From an uncultured Prolixibacteraceae bacterium (GTDB lineage Bacteria > Bacteroidota > Bacteroidia > Bacteroidales > Prolixibacteraceae), in contig CAMTWS010000005.1 of assembly GCA_947085485.1 (NCBI GenBank), forward strand, positions 5,967-69,966: DNA of 64,000 nt. Direction: 5' to 3'. The first letter of the stretch is position 1. Each line of letters starts with the position of its first letter. Made by a program: the position numbers and the translations under genes. The notes below the pieces were generated by a model, which made no database searches, had not been told where the DNA came from, and saw nothing but the letters and a program-made list of their open reading frames with translations. Shown here piece after piece: positions 19,297 through 29,600 of this stretch.

Positions 19297-20832
19297 ATGA
19301 AACGAATAAATAATATTTTTAAGATCACATTTGCCGTTGTTTTGCTGCTGGCCTTTACCGCATGTCACGATTTGCTCGACGAACCCGCAGAAAACAGGGC
19401 ATTTACCGAAGCAACCGATTATTCAAACTCGGGCAATATGATTCTCCCGCTCATTGGGGCTTATGCCGAATTTTATTCTCGCGGATGGGAAGATTTCCCG
19501 CTGATTGCTGTCAGGGGCGATGATGTAAATGCAGGAGGGCAGGGCGATCAGCAAGACTATGCTGAAACCGACAAGTTCAACTACAACAAAGACTACTGGA
19601 TGTACAACTCGGTTTGGCAAAATCTTTATCTCGACATCTTTTTTTGCCATTCGACCATTGAACAGGTTGAGTTGTACCGCGCAGCCGGCGGAAATTCAGC
19701 CAAAGCCGACCAGTACATTGCTGAGGCAAAAACTTTGCGTGCGTTTATGCTGCTCAATTTATCACGCGTATGGGGAAGCATATTAATTCCAACAAGTTCC
19801 GATCCATCAGTATTGTTGGTAGCCAAACTTTCAACAAAGGATGAGGTAATGAAGCACATTTCAGATCAAATGGATGAAGCAATTCCCTTTCTACCGGATA
19901 TGAATCCCAACCAGCGGACCGATATCAAGGGAGGGGTGACAAAACACACAGCTTTAGCTATTAAAGCAATGGCCAATCTCGAACTGAAAAACTACGCCGC
20001 AGTTGCCCAGTCAACTTCACAGATCATCAGTTCGGGTAAATTCACGCTCGAGCCTAATTATTACGAACTTTTCAAGACAAAGGGAAAACTCAATTCTGAA
20101 AACCTGCTCGAATTGCAATACTCCGATTTGGGCCAGGGGTCGGGTACAAATTTCAGCTATTTGTTTGCCTTTTTTGGTTCAGAAAACTGGACACCCAAAG
20201 TTACAGGCGCCGGCAGTGGCTGGGGATTTTTCGAACCCAGTTTGAAATACATCAAATTCATGCTCGACCGTGGAGAAACTGTTCGGCTTGAAACAAGTGT
20301 TTTGTTTACCAACCGTGGTATTACCGAAATCAAAAAAGATACGAAATACGCTAATTTGCCTGCCTGGGTGACGAACACAACCCGTTCGGGCGACCGGATT
20401 AACGACTACGCACGCGCAATGTTTGCCAGCGGTAAGCATTATTTACCATCCGACCAACTTACACCGGGTCGGACCGATTACGGTACGAACAAGAATTTCA
20501 CCTGTATCCGTTATGCCGAAGTACTGCTAATGCACGCCGAAGCGCTTACACAGGGTGCAGCCGGAACCGGAATGAGCGCTGATCAGGCGGTAAATGCAGT
20601 GCGTACAAGGGCAGGCTTGCCGGCTTTAACAGGCGTGAACAATCAACAGGTGATGGATGAAAAATTCGCCGAACTGGCTATGGAATGGGGCACCCGCTAC
20701 TACGACATGATCAGGCTTGGCAGATACAACGAATTAAGCTACGATGGCAGAACATTCTCAGAAAGCAAGAGTTTCCTGCCCTACCCGCAGACCCAGGTCG
20801 ATTTGTTACCGGTTTTAAAAGGTAGTAACTGA
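19297..20832 (+). CDS. susD: SusD/RagB glycan-binding lipoprotein
   Basis: Lipobox FTAC, EAKTLRA, IRYAEVLLMHAEA, ELAMEWGTRYYDMIR. Confidence 0.95.
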   Translation: MKRINNIFKITFAVVLLLAFTACHDLLDEPAENRAFTEATDYSNSGNMILPLIGAYAEFYSRGWEDFPLIAVRGDDVNAGGQGDQQDYAETDKFNYNKDYWMYNSVWQNLYLDIFFCHSTIEQVELYRAAGGNSAKADQYIAEAKTLRAFMLLNLSRVWGSILIPTSSDPSVLLVAKLSTKDEVMKHISDQMDEAIPFLPDMNPNQRTDIKGGVTKHTALAIKAMANLELKNYAAVAQSTSQIISSGKFTLEPNYYELFKTKGKLNSENLLELQYSDLGQGSGTNFSYLFAFFGSENWTPKVTGAGSGWGFFEPSLKYIKFMLDRGETVRLETSVLFTNRGITEIKKDTKYANLPAWVTNTTRSGDRINDYARAMFASGKHYLPSDQLTPGRTDYGTNKNFTCIRYAEVLLMHAEALTQGAAGTGMSADQAVNAVRTRAGLPALTGVNNQQVMDEKFAELAMEWGTRYYDMIRLGRYNELSYDGRTFSESKSFLPYPQTQVDLLPVLKGSN

Positions 20833-20861
20833 TATTTTATTGACTTTAAAAGGAAAACAAA

Positions 20862-22595
20862 ATGAAAATAACAAGAAATATTTTGGTTTTATCGATGGCC
20901 CTGCTGTTTGCGGTGGCCTGCGATCAGGGAATTGACCCGATAACCCCTATGAAACCGGGTTCCGATGTGACAGCCCCGGTAATTAAAATTATCTCTCCTG
21001 CCGTAGGGTACGAGATTAAAGTACCCGATCTCATTTCTCCTGTCAAAATTCAGGTTGAAGTGACCGATGACATCGAACTGCAATCGGTTTTGATAACATT
21101 TGACGGAAGGGAAGTGGCCAATTACACCACATTTAAAGACTACCGAAGATTGTTGGCCGACACGGTTTATAAAGAAGTTGCCAATGGCGATCATGTTATT
21201 ACGGTTAAGGCTACCGACTTTCAGGGAAAAGTTACGACCCAATCGGTAAATTTTGCCAAAGTATCGCCCTATACAAAAGTGTTCCCGAACGAAATTTTCT
21301 ATATGCCTTTTCAGGGCGATTATATGGAAATGATTAGTTTCCAGTTTGCGACGAAAGTGGGTTCTCCAACGTTTGTAACCGGTGGAATACAGGATGGCCA
21401 GGCATACAGGGGAGCTACTGATTCGTACCTTACCTTCCCCATTACCAACCTCAAAAATTCTGAATTTACCGGGGCTTTCTGGTATAAAGTCAACGCCACA
21501 CCCGACAGGTCGGGTATTCTCAGCGTGAGCCCCCCCGGTGAATTGCGTACAAGCGGGTTCCGGTTGTTCCGTGAAGGAAGCCCGACCAAACAGCGCATCA
21601 AACTGAACGTGGGAACCGGAGCAGGTGAAACCTGGAACGATGGGGAAGAAATAAATGTTCCTTCGACCGAATGGATGCACATTGCATTTACCGTTTCATC
21701 AACTTCCTCCATAATCTATATCAACGGTGCGGTTGCAAGGGAAGTCCCCAACACCGGAATAAATTGGGCCAATTGTACTTCGCTTACCATTGCATCAGGT
21801 CAGCCAAATTTTGCATACTGGGATCACAAATCAGATTTGAGCCAGTACGACGAAATGAGGTTTTTCGATAAAGCGCTTTCATCTTCAGAAATTCAGAATA
21901 TCATCAATCGCGATTCACCTTACATTCCAAAATACAGCGGAGAGGTTTTCTATATGCCTTTCGAGGGGAATTACAAGGATATGGTTAGCAGCGCTGAGGC
22001 CACAAAAATTGGCACACCCGATTTTGCCACCGGTAAACAAGGCAAAGCCTATGCCGGAGCAACTAATTCTTATCTCACCTTCCCTACAGCAGGACTGAAA
22101 AACAACGAATTCAGCGCGGTTTTCTGGACAAAAATCAATGCCAGTCCCACCCGTGCAGGAATTCTGGTGATGGGGCCTGAAGACACTGCAAATCCGACCG
22201 CTCAGAACAACCGTAAATCCGGATTCAGGTTCTTCCGCGAAGGTTCAGCTACTGCACAAATATTTAAACTTAACACCGGAAATGGAACTGCTGATTTCTG
22301 GTTCGATGGCGGCTCTGCTGCAACAATAAATCCGGCTACCGCCAATTGGGTGCACATGGCATTTACAATTTCAGGAACCGAATGTGTGGTCTATTTCAAT
22401 GGAGAAGTGGTGAAACAAGGTAGTTTTGGAAGCGTTAACTGGGATGGATGCGATATCCTTTCCATTATGTCGGGTGCGCCCCGGTTTACCGGCTGGGATC
22501 ATTATTCCGACCTCAGTTTAATGGACGAACTCCGATTATTCAAAAAAGCACTTACACAGGCTGAGATAAAGTCAATATTCAATAATGAAAAATAG
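20862..22595 (+). CDS. Surface glycan-binding lipoprotein: Ig-like domain + two tandem LamG (ConA-like) domains
   Basis: Lipobox AVAC; duplicated units FYMPF.G.Y...W.H.AFT...DE.R.F.KAL. Confidence 0.85.
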   Translation: MKITRNILVLSMALLFAVACDQGIDPITPMKPGSDVTAPVIKIISPAVGYEIKVPDLISPVKIQVEVTDDIELQSVLITFDGREVANYTTFKDYRRLLADTVYKEVANGDHVITVKATDFQGKVTTQSVNFAKVSPYTKVFPNEIFYMPFQGDYMEMISFQFATKVGSPTFVTGGIQDGQAYRGATDSYLTFPITNLKNSEFTGAFWYKVNATPDRSGILSVSPPGELRTSGFRLFREGSPTKQRIKLNVGTGAGETWNDGEEINVPSTEWMHIAFTVSSTSSIIYINGAVAREVPNTGINWANCTSLTIASGQPNFAYWDHKSDLSQYDEMRFFDKALSSSEIQNIINRDSPYIPKYSGEVFYMPFEGNYKDMVSSAEATKIGTPDFATGKQGKAYAGATNSYLTFPTAGLKNNEFSAVFWTKINASPTRAGILVMGPEDTANPTAQNNRKSGFRFFREGSATAQIFKLNTGNGTADFWFDGGSAATINPATANWVHMAFTISGTECVVYFNGEVVKQGSFGSVNWDGCDILSIMSGAPRFTGWDHYSDLSLMDELRLFKKALTQAEIKSIFNNEK

Positions 22596-22633
22596 AAGTT
22601 CATACTTTCTTTGTTTAGTTTAGTTATTTTTAT

Positions 22634-22673
22634 AAAAGGCTGCCTGGCAGGTACCCGGGCAGTCTTTTTTTTT
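22634..22673 (+). terminator. Intrinsic terminator
   Basis: aggctgcctgg-caggtac-ccgggcagtct followed by a T run. Confidence 0.75.
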
Positions 22674-22728
22674 GAAATCAATTCTGCAATACCAAAAACA
22701 ATGTTAGTATTTACATAATAAATATCAA

Positions 22729-24072
22729 ATGAAATTTCCGATTTACATATTGCTGTTTTTATTTCTTGGTAGTTGTTCCAAAACAAAATACAAATCCGGA
22801 ATAAATAAACCTCCTGAAAAAAACGCGGTTGTTTTAACCGACGAACAACTGCTCGATACAGTTCAGTACTACACTTTCCGGTATTTCTGGGACGGCGCCG
22901 AACCTACCTCGGGAATGGCCCGCGAGCGGTTTCATGCCGATGATATTTATCCTGAAAACGACAAAAACGTGGTCGCCTCAGGAGGTTCCGGATTTGGTGT
23001 AATGGCTATCCTGGTTGCTATGGAACGTGGTTTCATTACCCGCGAAGCTGGTGTGGAGCGACTGACCAAAATTGCCGGGTTCCTCGAAAAAGCTGATCGC
23101 TTTCATGGGGCATGGCCTCACTGGATGTTTGGCGAAACCGGCAAGGTAAAACCTTTCAGCCAAAAAGACAACGGTGGCGATATTGTGGAAACCGCTTACC
23201 TGGTTCAGGGTTTAATCTGCGTAAAAAATTACATGAACCCGGAAGTCCCGGCAGAGAAAACACTGGCCGACAAACTGGCCAAACTGTGCAACGAAGTGGA
23301 ATGGAGCTGGTACCAGAACGGCAAACCGGCTTTATACTGGCACTGGTCGCCAACTTACAACTGGGAAATGAACTTTGCCATTGAAGGCTATAACGAATGC
23401 CTCATTGCCTATGTGCTTGGTGCAAGTTCGCCTACGTATCCACTTTCGCCCGAAGCTTATCACAAATGCTGGGCACGCAATGGCGCCATAAATGGTGAAA
23501 CAACCAAATACGGTCATACACTCAAACTGAAGCACAACGGCGCTGCCGAATATGGCGGCCCGCTTTTCTGGGCGCACTACTCATACCTGGGGCTCGATCC
23601 GCGAAACCTGAAAGATAAGTATGCCGGCTACTGGGACGAAAACCGGAACCAGGCGATGATTAACTATCAGTATTGTGTTGAAAATCCAAAAGGTTTTAAA
23701 GGTTATGGAGCTGATTGCTGGGGGCTTACCGCCAGTTATTCAGTAAATGGCTACAATGCACACATGCCTTCAAACGATTTGGGCGTTATCTCACCTACGG
23801 CTGCACTTTCGTCATTCCCTTATGCGCCTGAACAAAGTATGCGCGCTGCCCGGTATTTCTACGAAAAAATGGGCGGCAAACTCTGGGGGCCTTACGGTTT
23901 TTACGATGCTTTCAGCGAAACTGAAAACTGGTTTCCGCCGCATTACCTTGCAATTGACCAGGGACCAATTGTGGTGATGATAGAAAACTACCGAACAGGA
24001 CTGCTATGGAATCTTTTTATGAAAGATGCAGATGTTCAGAAGGGATTAAAAAAACTGGGTTTCAGTTTCTGA
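22729..24072 (+). CDS. GH144 (glucoamylase-like/DUF3131) endo-beta-1,2-glucanase-like lipoprotein
   Basis: Lipobox LGSC; FRYFWDGAEPTSGMARER, GGSGFG, ADRFHGAWPHW, GYNECL, GPLFWAHYSYLGLDP, YLAIDQGP. Confidence 0.88.
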   Translation: MKFPIYILLFLFLGSCSKTKYKSGINKPPEKNAVVLTDEQLLDTVQYYTFRYFWDGAEPTSGMARERFHADDIYPENDKNVVASGGSGFGVMAILVAMERGFITREAGVERLTKIAGFLEKADRFHGAWPHWMFGETGKVKPFSQKDNGGDIVETAYLVQGLICVKNYMNPEVPAEKTLADKLAKLCNEVEWSWYQNGKPALYWHWSPTYNWEMNFAIEGYNECLIAYVLGASSPTYPLSPEAYHKCWARNGAINGETTKYGHTLKLKHNGAAEYGGPLFWAHYSYLGLDPRNLKDKYAGYWDENRNQAMINYQYCVENPKGFKGYGADCWGLTASYSVNGYNAHMPSNDLGVISPTAALSSFPYAPEQSMRAARYFYEKMGGKLWGPYGFYDAFSETENWFPPHYLAIDQGPIVVMIENYRTGLLWNLFMKDADVQKGLKKLGFSF

Positions 24073-24189
24073 TTTAATGCTTTTTATCTATTGGTTTTAA
24101 CCTGAAAAGGTTCAAAAGTATTCAACCTTAAAAAAATACCTGGTGAAGTTTCGTAATATCTGGATTAAAGAGTTATAAAAAGGGTTACA

Positions 24190-25969
24190 ATGAAATCTCT
24201 TTCCATTAAAATCATTCTGCTTTTTGTTGTTGTATTGCCGGTTTTCATTCTAACAGGCGCATCAGCTCAAACAACAGTGGCAAAAACCTATTGCAACCCC
24301 ATTAACATCGATTATGGCTACACTCCGATTCCTAATTTCTCGGAATGGGGCCGGCACCGGGCCACTGCCGATCCGGTAATCGTGAATTATAAAGGCGATT
24401 TTTTCCTTTTCAGCACCAACCAGTGGGGATATTGGTGGAGCCCCGATTTACAGAACTGGAATTTTATATCGCGAAAATTTTTGCGCCCCTGGAATGGCTG
24501 GGTTTACGATGAATTGTGTGCACCGGCTGTCGGTATTATAGGCGATACCATGCTTGTTTTTGGGTCAACTTACACAAGTAAATTTACAATCTGGATGAGT
24601 ACAAACCCAAAGGGAAACCAATGGGAAGCACTGGTTGATTCGTTTGCAATTGGTGGCTGGGACCCCGATTTTTTTACCGATGACGACGGACGTTTTTACA
24701 TGCACAACGGAAGCAGCAACCGTTACCGCGCTTTATGGCATTGAATTGAACCGCAAAACCATGGAGCCGATGGGAACGCGTAAGGAGATGTACCTTCTTG
24801 AACCGTGGAGGTACGGATGGCAAAGGTTTGGTGAACACATGGACAACACTTTTCTCGACCCATTTATGGAGGGTGCGCACATGACCAAATACAACGGGAA
24901 ATATTACCTTCAGTATGGCGCACCCGGGACTGAATTCAGCGGGTATGCCGATGGAGTCGTGGTGGGCGGTTCGCCACTTGGCCCGTTTACTCCTCAATCG
25001 GACCCATTAAGTATGAAACTGGGTGGTTTTGCACGTGGCGCCGGTCACGGAAGCACTTTTCTTGATAACAGCAAAAACTGGTGGCATGTGAGCACAATCA
25101 TGCTTTCGGTGAAGAACAACTTTGAACGCCGCATTGGTATCTGGCCCGCCGGATTCGATAATGATGGCGTTATGTGGTGTAACACAGTTTTTGGAGATTA
25201 TCCGCATTACCTGCCTGAAGAAGCAGTCAGGCAAAAATTGCCCCGGCCCGGCTGGTTCCTGCTGAATTATAAAAAACCGGTTTCGGTTTCATCAACTTAT
25301 GGTGGGTATTTTGCCAACAATGTCAACGACGAAAGCATGAAAACCTGGTGGAGCGCTGCCACGGGAAACCCAGGTGAATGGATTATCAGCGATCTGGGAA
25401 ATATTTCAACCGTGAATGCAATTCAAATCAATTATGCCGACCAGGATGTTGATTCAGGCCATTTGGGTAAAATCAATGGTGGAGAACAATATCATCAGTA
25501 CAAAATATATCATTCAGCCGACGGGAAAAAGTGGAAAATACTGGTCGATAAAAGCCTCAACAAAACCGATGTACCGCACGATTATGCAGAACTGGCCGAA
25601 CCGGTACAGACCCGTTTTATTAAACTCGAAAACATTCATATGCCCACCGGAAAATTTGCCCTTAGCGGGTTGCGGATTTTTGGCAACGGTAACGGATTAA
25701 AACCAGGACCCGTGAAAACGTTCATGGTTTTACGTACCGAAAAAGACAAACGAAGTGCGTGGATTCGCTGGAACCCGGTTGAAAATGCTTTCGCATACAA
25801 TATCTATTACGGAACGCATCCCGATAAATTGTATAACTGTGTTATGGTTCACGACCTTAACGAAAATTGGTTTAAGTCGATGGACAGTGAAAAAACCTAT
25901 TGGTTCACTATCGAGGCAATTAACGAAAACGGGGTTTCGGAAAGATTCAAAACCATAGAAGTAAAGTAA
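24190..25969 (+). pseudogene. GH43 (GH43_28-like) + CBM32/F5-8 + Fn3 protein with a single-base frameshift
   Basis: TYCNPINIDY, ATADP, CAPA, WDPD in ORF 24190..24744; FMEGA, YLQYGAPGTE, GAGHGS and CBM32 in ORF 24635..25969. Removing the G at ~24728 restores NRYPLYGIEL. Confidence 0.85.
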
Positions 25970-25988
25970 GCTAACTCTAAAAAATATC

Positions 25989-26299
25989 ATCGCAGGGTTA
26001 TTGGATAAAATGACCCTTCAGGAAATGATTGGGCAACTGAATAAACCCGGCTGGAAATTTCGGTGTTGTTTGGTTCCGATGTGGTGGCTTCGGTTACACG
26101 ACCGTTAAAAGAACTGAAAGGATTTAAAAAGGCGCTTATCAAAAAGGGTGAAACTATGACCGTAACATTCAGCCTTTCAGCCGATGAACTTGCATTTTAC
26201 CATAATGATATGAAATTTTATGCCGAACCCGGCAAATTCATGGTTTTTGCGGGTGGCAGCTCCGATACAACTCTTGCGGGGGAATTTGAGTTGAAATAA
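25989..26299 (+). pseudogene. Collapsed GH3 beta-glucosidase (BglX-like) remnant
   Basis: Three GH3 pieces in order: LLDKMTLQEMIGQLN (25998-26042), TRLEISVLFGSDV (26045+), and the Fn3-like C-terminus DVVASVTRPLKELKGF...EPGKFMVFAGGSS. Confidence 0.85.
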
Positions 26300-26376
26300 T
26301 ACTCATTTCTTTCGGTTCAACTTTTGTTGAATAAATTGGTTTTCGGTTAACTGCAACTTCTTTTGGAAGATGAGAC

Positions 26377-27726
26377 TCAATTGTTATTGTTATTTCTTTT
26401 AAAAATGTAATATGCCGGAATCCCAACAATTACAGTTAATAACGCGATCGATGATTCAGCTGGCCTTTCAAGAAATGCAAGGACAAGAATGAGGATTCCG
26501 GTTGTTACATAAAGTATCTGAGTAAAAGGAAACCCTGCCAACCGGAGTGAATCCGGATTTTCTTTCCTCAACTTAATAACGCCCATGACGGTCAGTATTG
26601 GAAATATGCCCAATGCAAACCCCATGTAGGTTAAAACCTGCTCAAAGGTTCCCGACATTGCAAGAATTACAGCTATTATACATTGCAAAACAATTGAGTT
26701 TGAAGGGACCTGGAATTTAGGATGTATCCGGGCAACCGATTTAAAAAACAAACCATCCTTCGCCATCGAGTAATACACGCGTGGGCCAATAATAATAAAA
26801 GCGCTGAGCGACGAAAACAGGGCAAAAGCAATCAACAGCGAAAACAGCGTATCGGCAGATTTCCCGAACAGGTTTCCCATGGCAAGCCCGCCAACCGAAA
26901 TAACGCCTTTCATTTCGTGCGGGTTGATTCCGTAAATATACAGCACATTCAACCCGAGATAAAGAAACATTACAATTCCTGTCCCAAAAATTAGCGACCG
27001 GGGCAGTATTTTTGAGGGATTCCTGATTTCAGAACCCAGATAAGTTGATGCATTCCAGCCACTATATGCAAACATAATCCACATTAATGAAAGACCAATT
27101 GTTTTCCAACCTGAAAAACCCGGAGCAACGCCCCCGCCAACGTTTATATTTGCCATATCGCCTTTGCCCGAAAGAAAACCGGCTACCAAAAGGAACACAA
27201 TCAGGGCAACTTTAAGAATGGTAAGAATATTTTGGATAAGTGCGCCCGATTTAATCCCTCGGTAATGGATAACTGTAAAACCGACGATTACGCTGATGGA
27301 AAGAAATGTTTTGGTTGAGGCCGTACTCATTATCCCGGCATTTTCGAACCACAAAGGAATTACAGGCAACGCCCTGCAGAAATATTCGCTGAAACCCATT
27401 GCTGAAGCGGCAATTGGGGCCGAAAAACCAACAATAAACGAAACCCACCCACTCAAAAAACCGAAAATTGGATGATAAAGTTTCGAAAGGAACAGATATT
27501 CGCCACCAGCGCCCGGCATTGCAGCGCCAAGTTCGCCATACGAAAGGGCGCCGCAAAGGGCAATTACACCTCCCACTACCCAAAGTGCCAGCATTAACAG
27601 CGGATTGTTCAGTCCTGCCATCAATAGCCCTGATGTTGTAAAAATGCCGGCGCCAATCATGTTGGCTACAACAATATTGGTAGTCGGGAAAAGACCCAGT
27701 TTCCTTTGCAGTTTGTCTTCAGCCAT
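26377..27726 (-). CDS. APC family amino acid permease
   Basis: NMIGAGIF, GALSYGELGAAMPGAGGEY, FAYSGWN, PRVYYSMAKDG; about 12 TM helices. Confidence 0.92.
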   Translation of the reverse strand: MAEDKLQRKLGLFPTTNIVVANMIGAGIFTTSGLLMAGLNNPLLMLALWVVGGVIALCGALSYGELGAAMPGAGGEYLFLSKLYHPIFGFLSGWVSFIVGFSAPIAASAMGFSEYFCRALPVIPLWFENAGIMSTASTKTFLSISVIVGFTVIHYRGIKSGALIQNILTILKVALIVFLLVAGFLSGKGDMANINVGGGVAPGFSGWKTIGLSLMWIMFAYSGWNASTYLGSEIRNPSKILPRSLIFGTGIVMFLYLGLNVLYIYGINPHEMKGVISVGGLAMGNLFGKSADTLFSLLIAFALFSSLSAFIIIGPRVYYSMAKDGLFFKSVARIHPKFQVPSNSIVLQCIIAVILAMSGTFEQVLTYMGFALGIFPILTVMGVIKLRKENPDSLRLAGFPFTQILYVTTGILILVLAFLERPAESSIALLTVIVGIPAYYIFKRNNNNN

Positions 27727-27737
27727 TTCCTGACCGG

Positions 27738-28412
27738 TTATTTTTCAGTTTTTTTGTAACTGATCAAAACTCCGCCCCCACTGCTGTTCAATGTCGATTC
27801 ATAATTGCCGAGGCTTCTGACATATTCGAGATAGGAGGCGCTGTAGCCCGAACTTCCACGGCCACCGGATCTTTCCGAAATATTATGGGTTGTGTAACAG
27901 CCGCCAACCTTCAGTTTGGGGTCAACATCGATAAAATAATTTTTATACCAGTCTTTATCGGCATCGCTGAAAACAAAATCAAACGGCCCTTTTAACTCTT
28001 TCACAAGTGTATGCGCATTGGCCAGCCGTGCGTCGATGTATTCCGAAAGCCCGGCCTTTTTAAAGTTTTCAACTGCCGTTTTATGCCTGTGTTCATCAAT
28101 TTCAATGGTTATGAGTTTGCCGCCGGTTTTGCTCAGCGCCCAGGCAATATAAATTCCCGAGAGCCCTGTTGAAGTGCCTATTTCGAGCGCACTTTTATAA
28201 TTTCCCTTTATGACAAGGTCATAAAGTAACCGGCCATCAGATACAGGAACATTCATATCATACCAACGCCCTGACTGTTCGGAAAGAAACTTTTTTACAC
28301 GTTCGTCAAGCGCAGGATTTTCTTTTAACGACTGGGCTGTTGATTGCCCCGAAATAATTGTTGCAATAATAAGCACAAAAATAAATACGATATTGGTACT
28401 ACTTGTTTTCAT
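27738..28412 (-). CDS. Class I SAM-dependent O-methyltransferase (COMT/CCoAOMT-like) with Sec signal peptide
   Basis: ALEIGTSTGLSG, ITIEID, FDFVFSDADKDWY, LKVGG..HN; hydrophobic N-terminus with STA-Q cleavage site. Confidence 0.85.
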   Translation of the reverse strand: MKTSSTNIVFIFVLIIATIISGQSTAQSLKENPALDERVKKFLSEQSGRWYDMNVPVSDGRLLYDLVIKGNYKSALEIGTSTGLSGIYIAWALSKTGGKLITIEIDEHRHKTAVENFKKAGLSEYIDARLANAHTLVKELKGPFDFVFSDADKDWYKNYFIDVDPKLKVGGCYTTHNISERSGGRGSSGYSASYLEYVRSLGNYESTLNSSGGGVLISYKKTEK

Positions 28413-28444
28413 ATTTCCCTGATTTAAAATTTCATTAATACCTG

Positions 28445-28472
28445 TTCGACATATTTTTTATCAATAGGTTTA
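28445..28472 (-). promoter_or_regulatory. Candidate ECF-sigma promoter for the methyltransferase-permease operon
   Basis: Minus strand aAAC-N17-GTCgaa, ~35 bp upstream of the ATG. Confidence 0.4.
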
Positions 28473-28671
28473 AGCAGAAAACCGTTTATTTAATTTCCCC
28501 CGGTTTTTCTTATTTTTTTAACCATCTGTCTGGCTGAAGTCACAGTTTATTACTGTCAAAACCGTGGCAAAGATAGTCCTAACCAAAGTAAAATTCAATT
28601 TAGTTGCACCGTTTGGACGATAACATCAGATTTCAATATAATTTTGACTGTATAAATTAAAATTTCATATC

Positions 28672-29574
28672 ATGAATCTCTTTAAATCTCTTTTTGTTAT
28701 TCTACCATTGTTGATGGGAAAAATAAATTATGCACAAGAAAATACAATACTGAAACTTGCCATGGCTCAAATGTTGGTTGAGGGAGGTGAAAAACAAAAC
28801 AATTTAAATCGTGCAGTTAAAAGAATTGAAGAAGCTGCAAAAAATAAAGCAGACATTGTTTTGCTTCCCGAAGCTATGGATTTGGGCTGGACACATTCAA
28901 CAGCGAAATCAGAAGCGGAACCGGTTCCCAGAGGTTCAACTTTTAAATTTCTGGCAAAAGCCGCAAAAAAGAACAATATTTATGTGTGTGCCGGAATTAT
29001 TGAAAAAGATGGCGACCGAACATTCAATGCAGCAGTATTAATAAACCGTAAAGGGGAGTTGGTTTTGAAACACCGCAAAATTAACGAACTCGATATTGCA
29101 CACGATTTATATGATCAGGGCGACAGAATAAACGTGTGCGAAACCGAATTTGGAACCTTCGGCTTGTTAATTTGTGCCGACGCCAGTTCAAAAGATTACA
29201 TCCTTCCCCGTTCGATGGGATATTTGGGGGCCGGTTTGATTTTGCTTCCAAGCAGTTGGGCTGTTCCTCCTGATTATGACAATGTTAAAGAACCGTATGG
29301 CGGTATGTGGCACGATTCTTTTATCTCTGTTTGTAAAGAATTTAACTTGAATATTGCCTCCGTCAGCAATGTTGGTAAAATTACCGATGGTCCCTGGAAA
29401 GACTGGGATTGTATCGGGAATTCGATGTTTGTTGAAAATGGGGGAGAAAACGTTTCGGTTTTACCTTACGGAATAAATGCAGACACCATAATTTATAAAG
29501 AAGTAAAAATGATTTCCCGCCCGGCAAGGGGAACAAACTGGTACAAATACTGGAATACTCTGAATAACAATTAA
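28672..29574 (+). CDS. Carbon-nitrogen hydrolase (nitrilase superfamily) with probable signal peptide
   Basis: Catalytic triad LPE / HRK / LICAD; NYA-Q signal cleavage. Confidence 0.85.
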   Translation: MNLFKSLFVILPLLMGKINYAQENTILKLAMAQMLVEGGEKQNNLNRAVKRIEEAAKNKADIVLLPEAMDLGWTHSTAKSEAEPVPRGSTFKFLAKAAKKNNIYVCAGIIEKDGDRTFNAAVLINRKGELVLKHRKINELDIAHDLYDQGDRINVCETEFGTFGLLICADASSKDYILPRSMGYLGAGLILLPSSWAVPPDYDNVKEPYGGMWHDSFISVCKEFNLNIASVSNVGKITDGPWKDWDCIGNSMFVENGGENVSVLPYGINADTIIYKEVKMISRPARGTNWYKYWNTLNNN

Positions 29575-29600
29575 ATCCTCAAAATAAGAATCTGATCGAT

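Noticed and set aside
20889..21680. 263-aa antisense ORF and the many other short overlapping ORFs
   Set aside because: They are shadows of well-supported genes on the other strand or frame, with no recognisable motifs.
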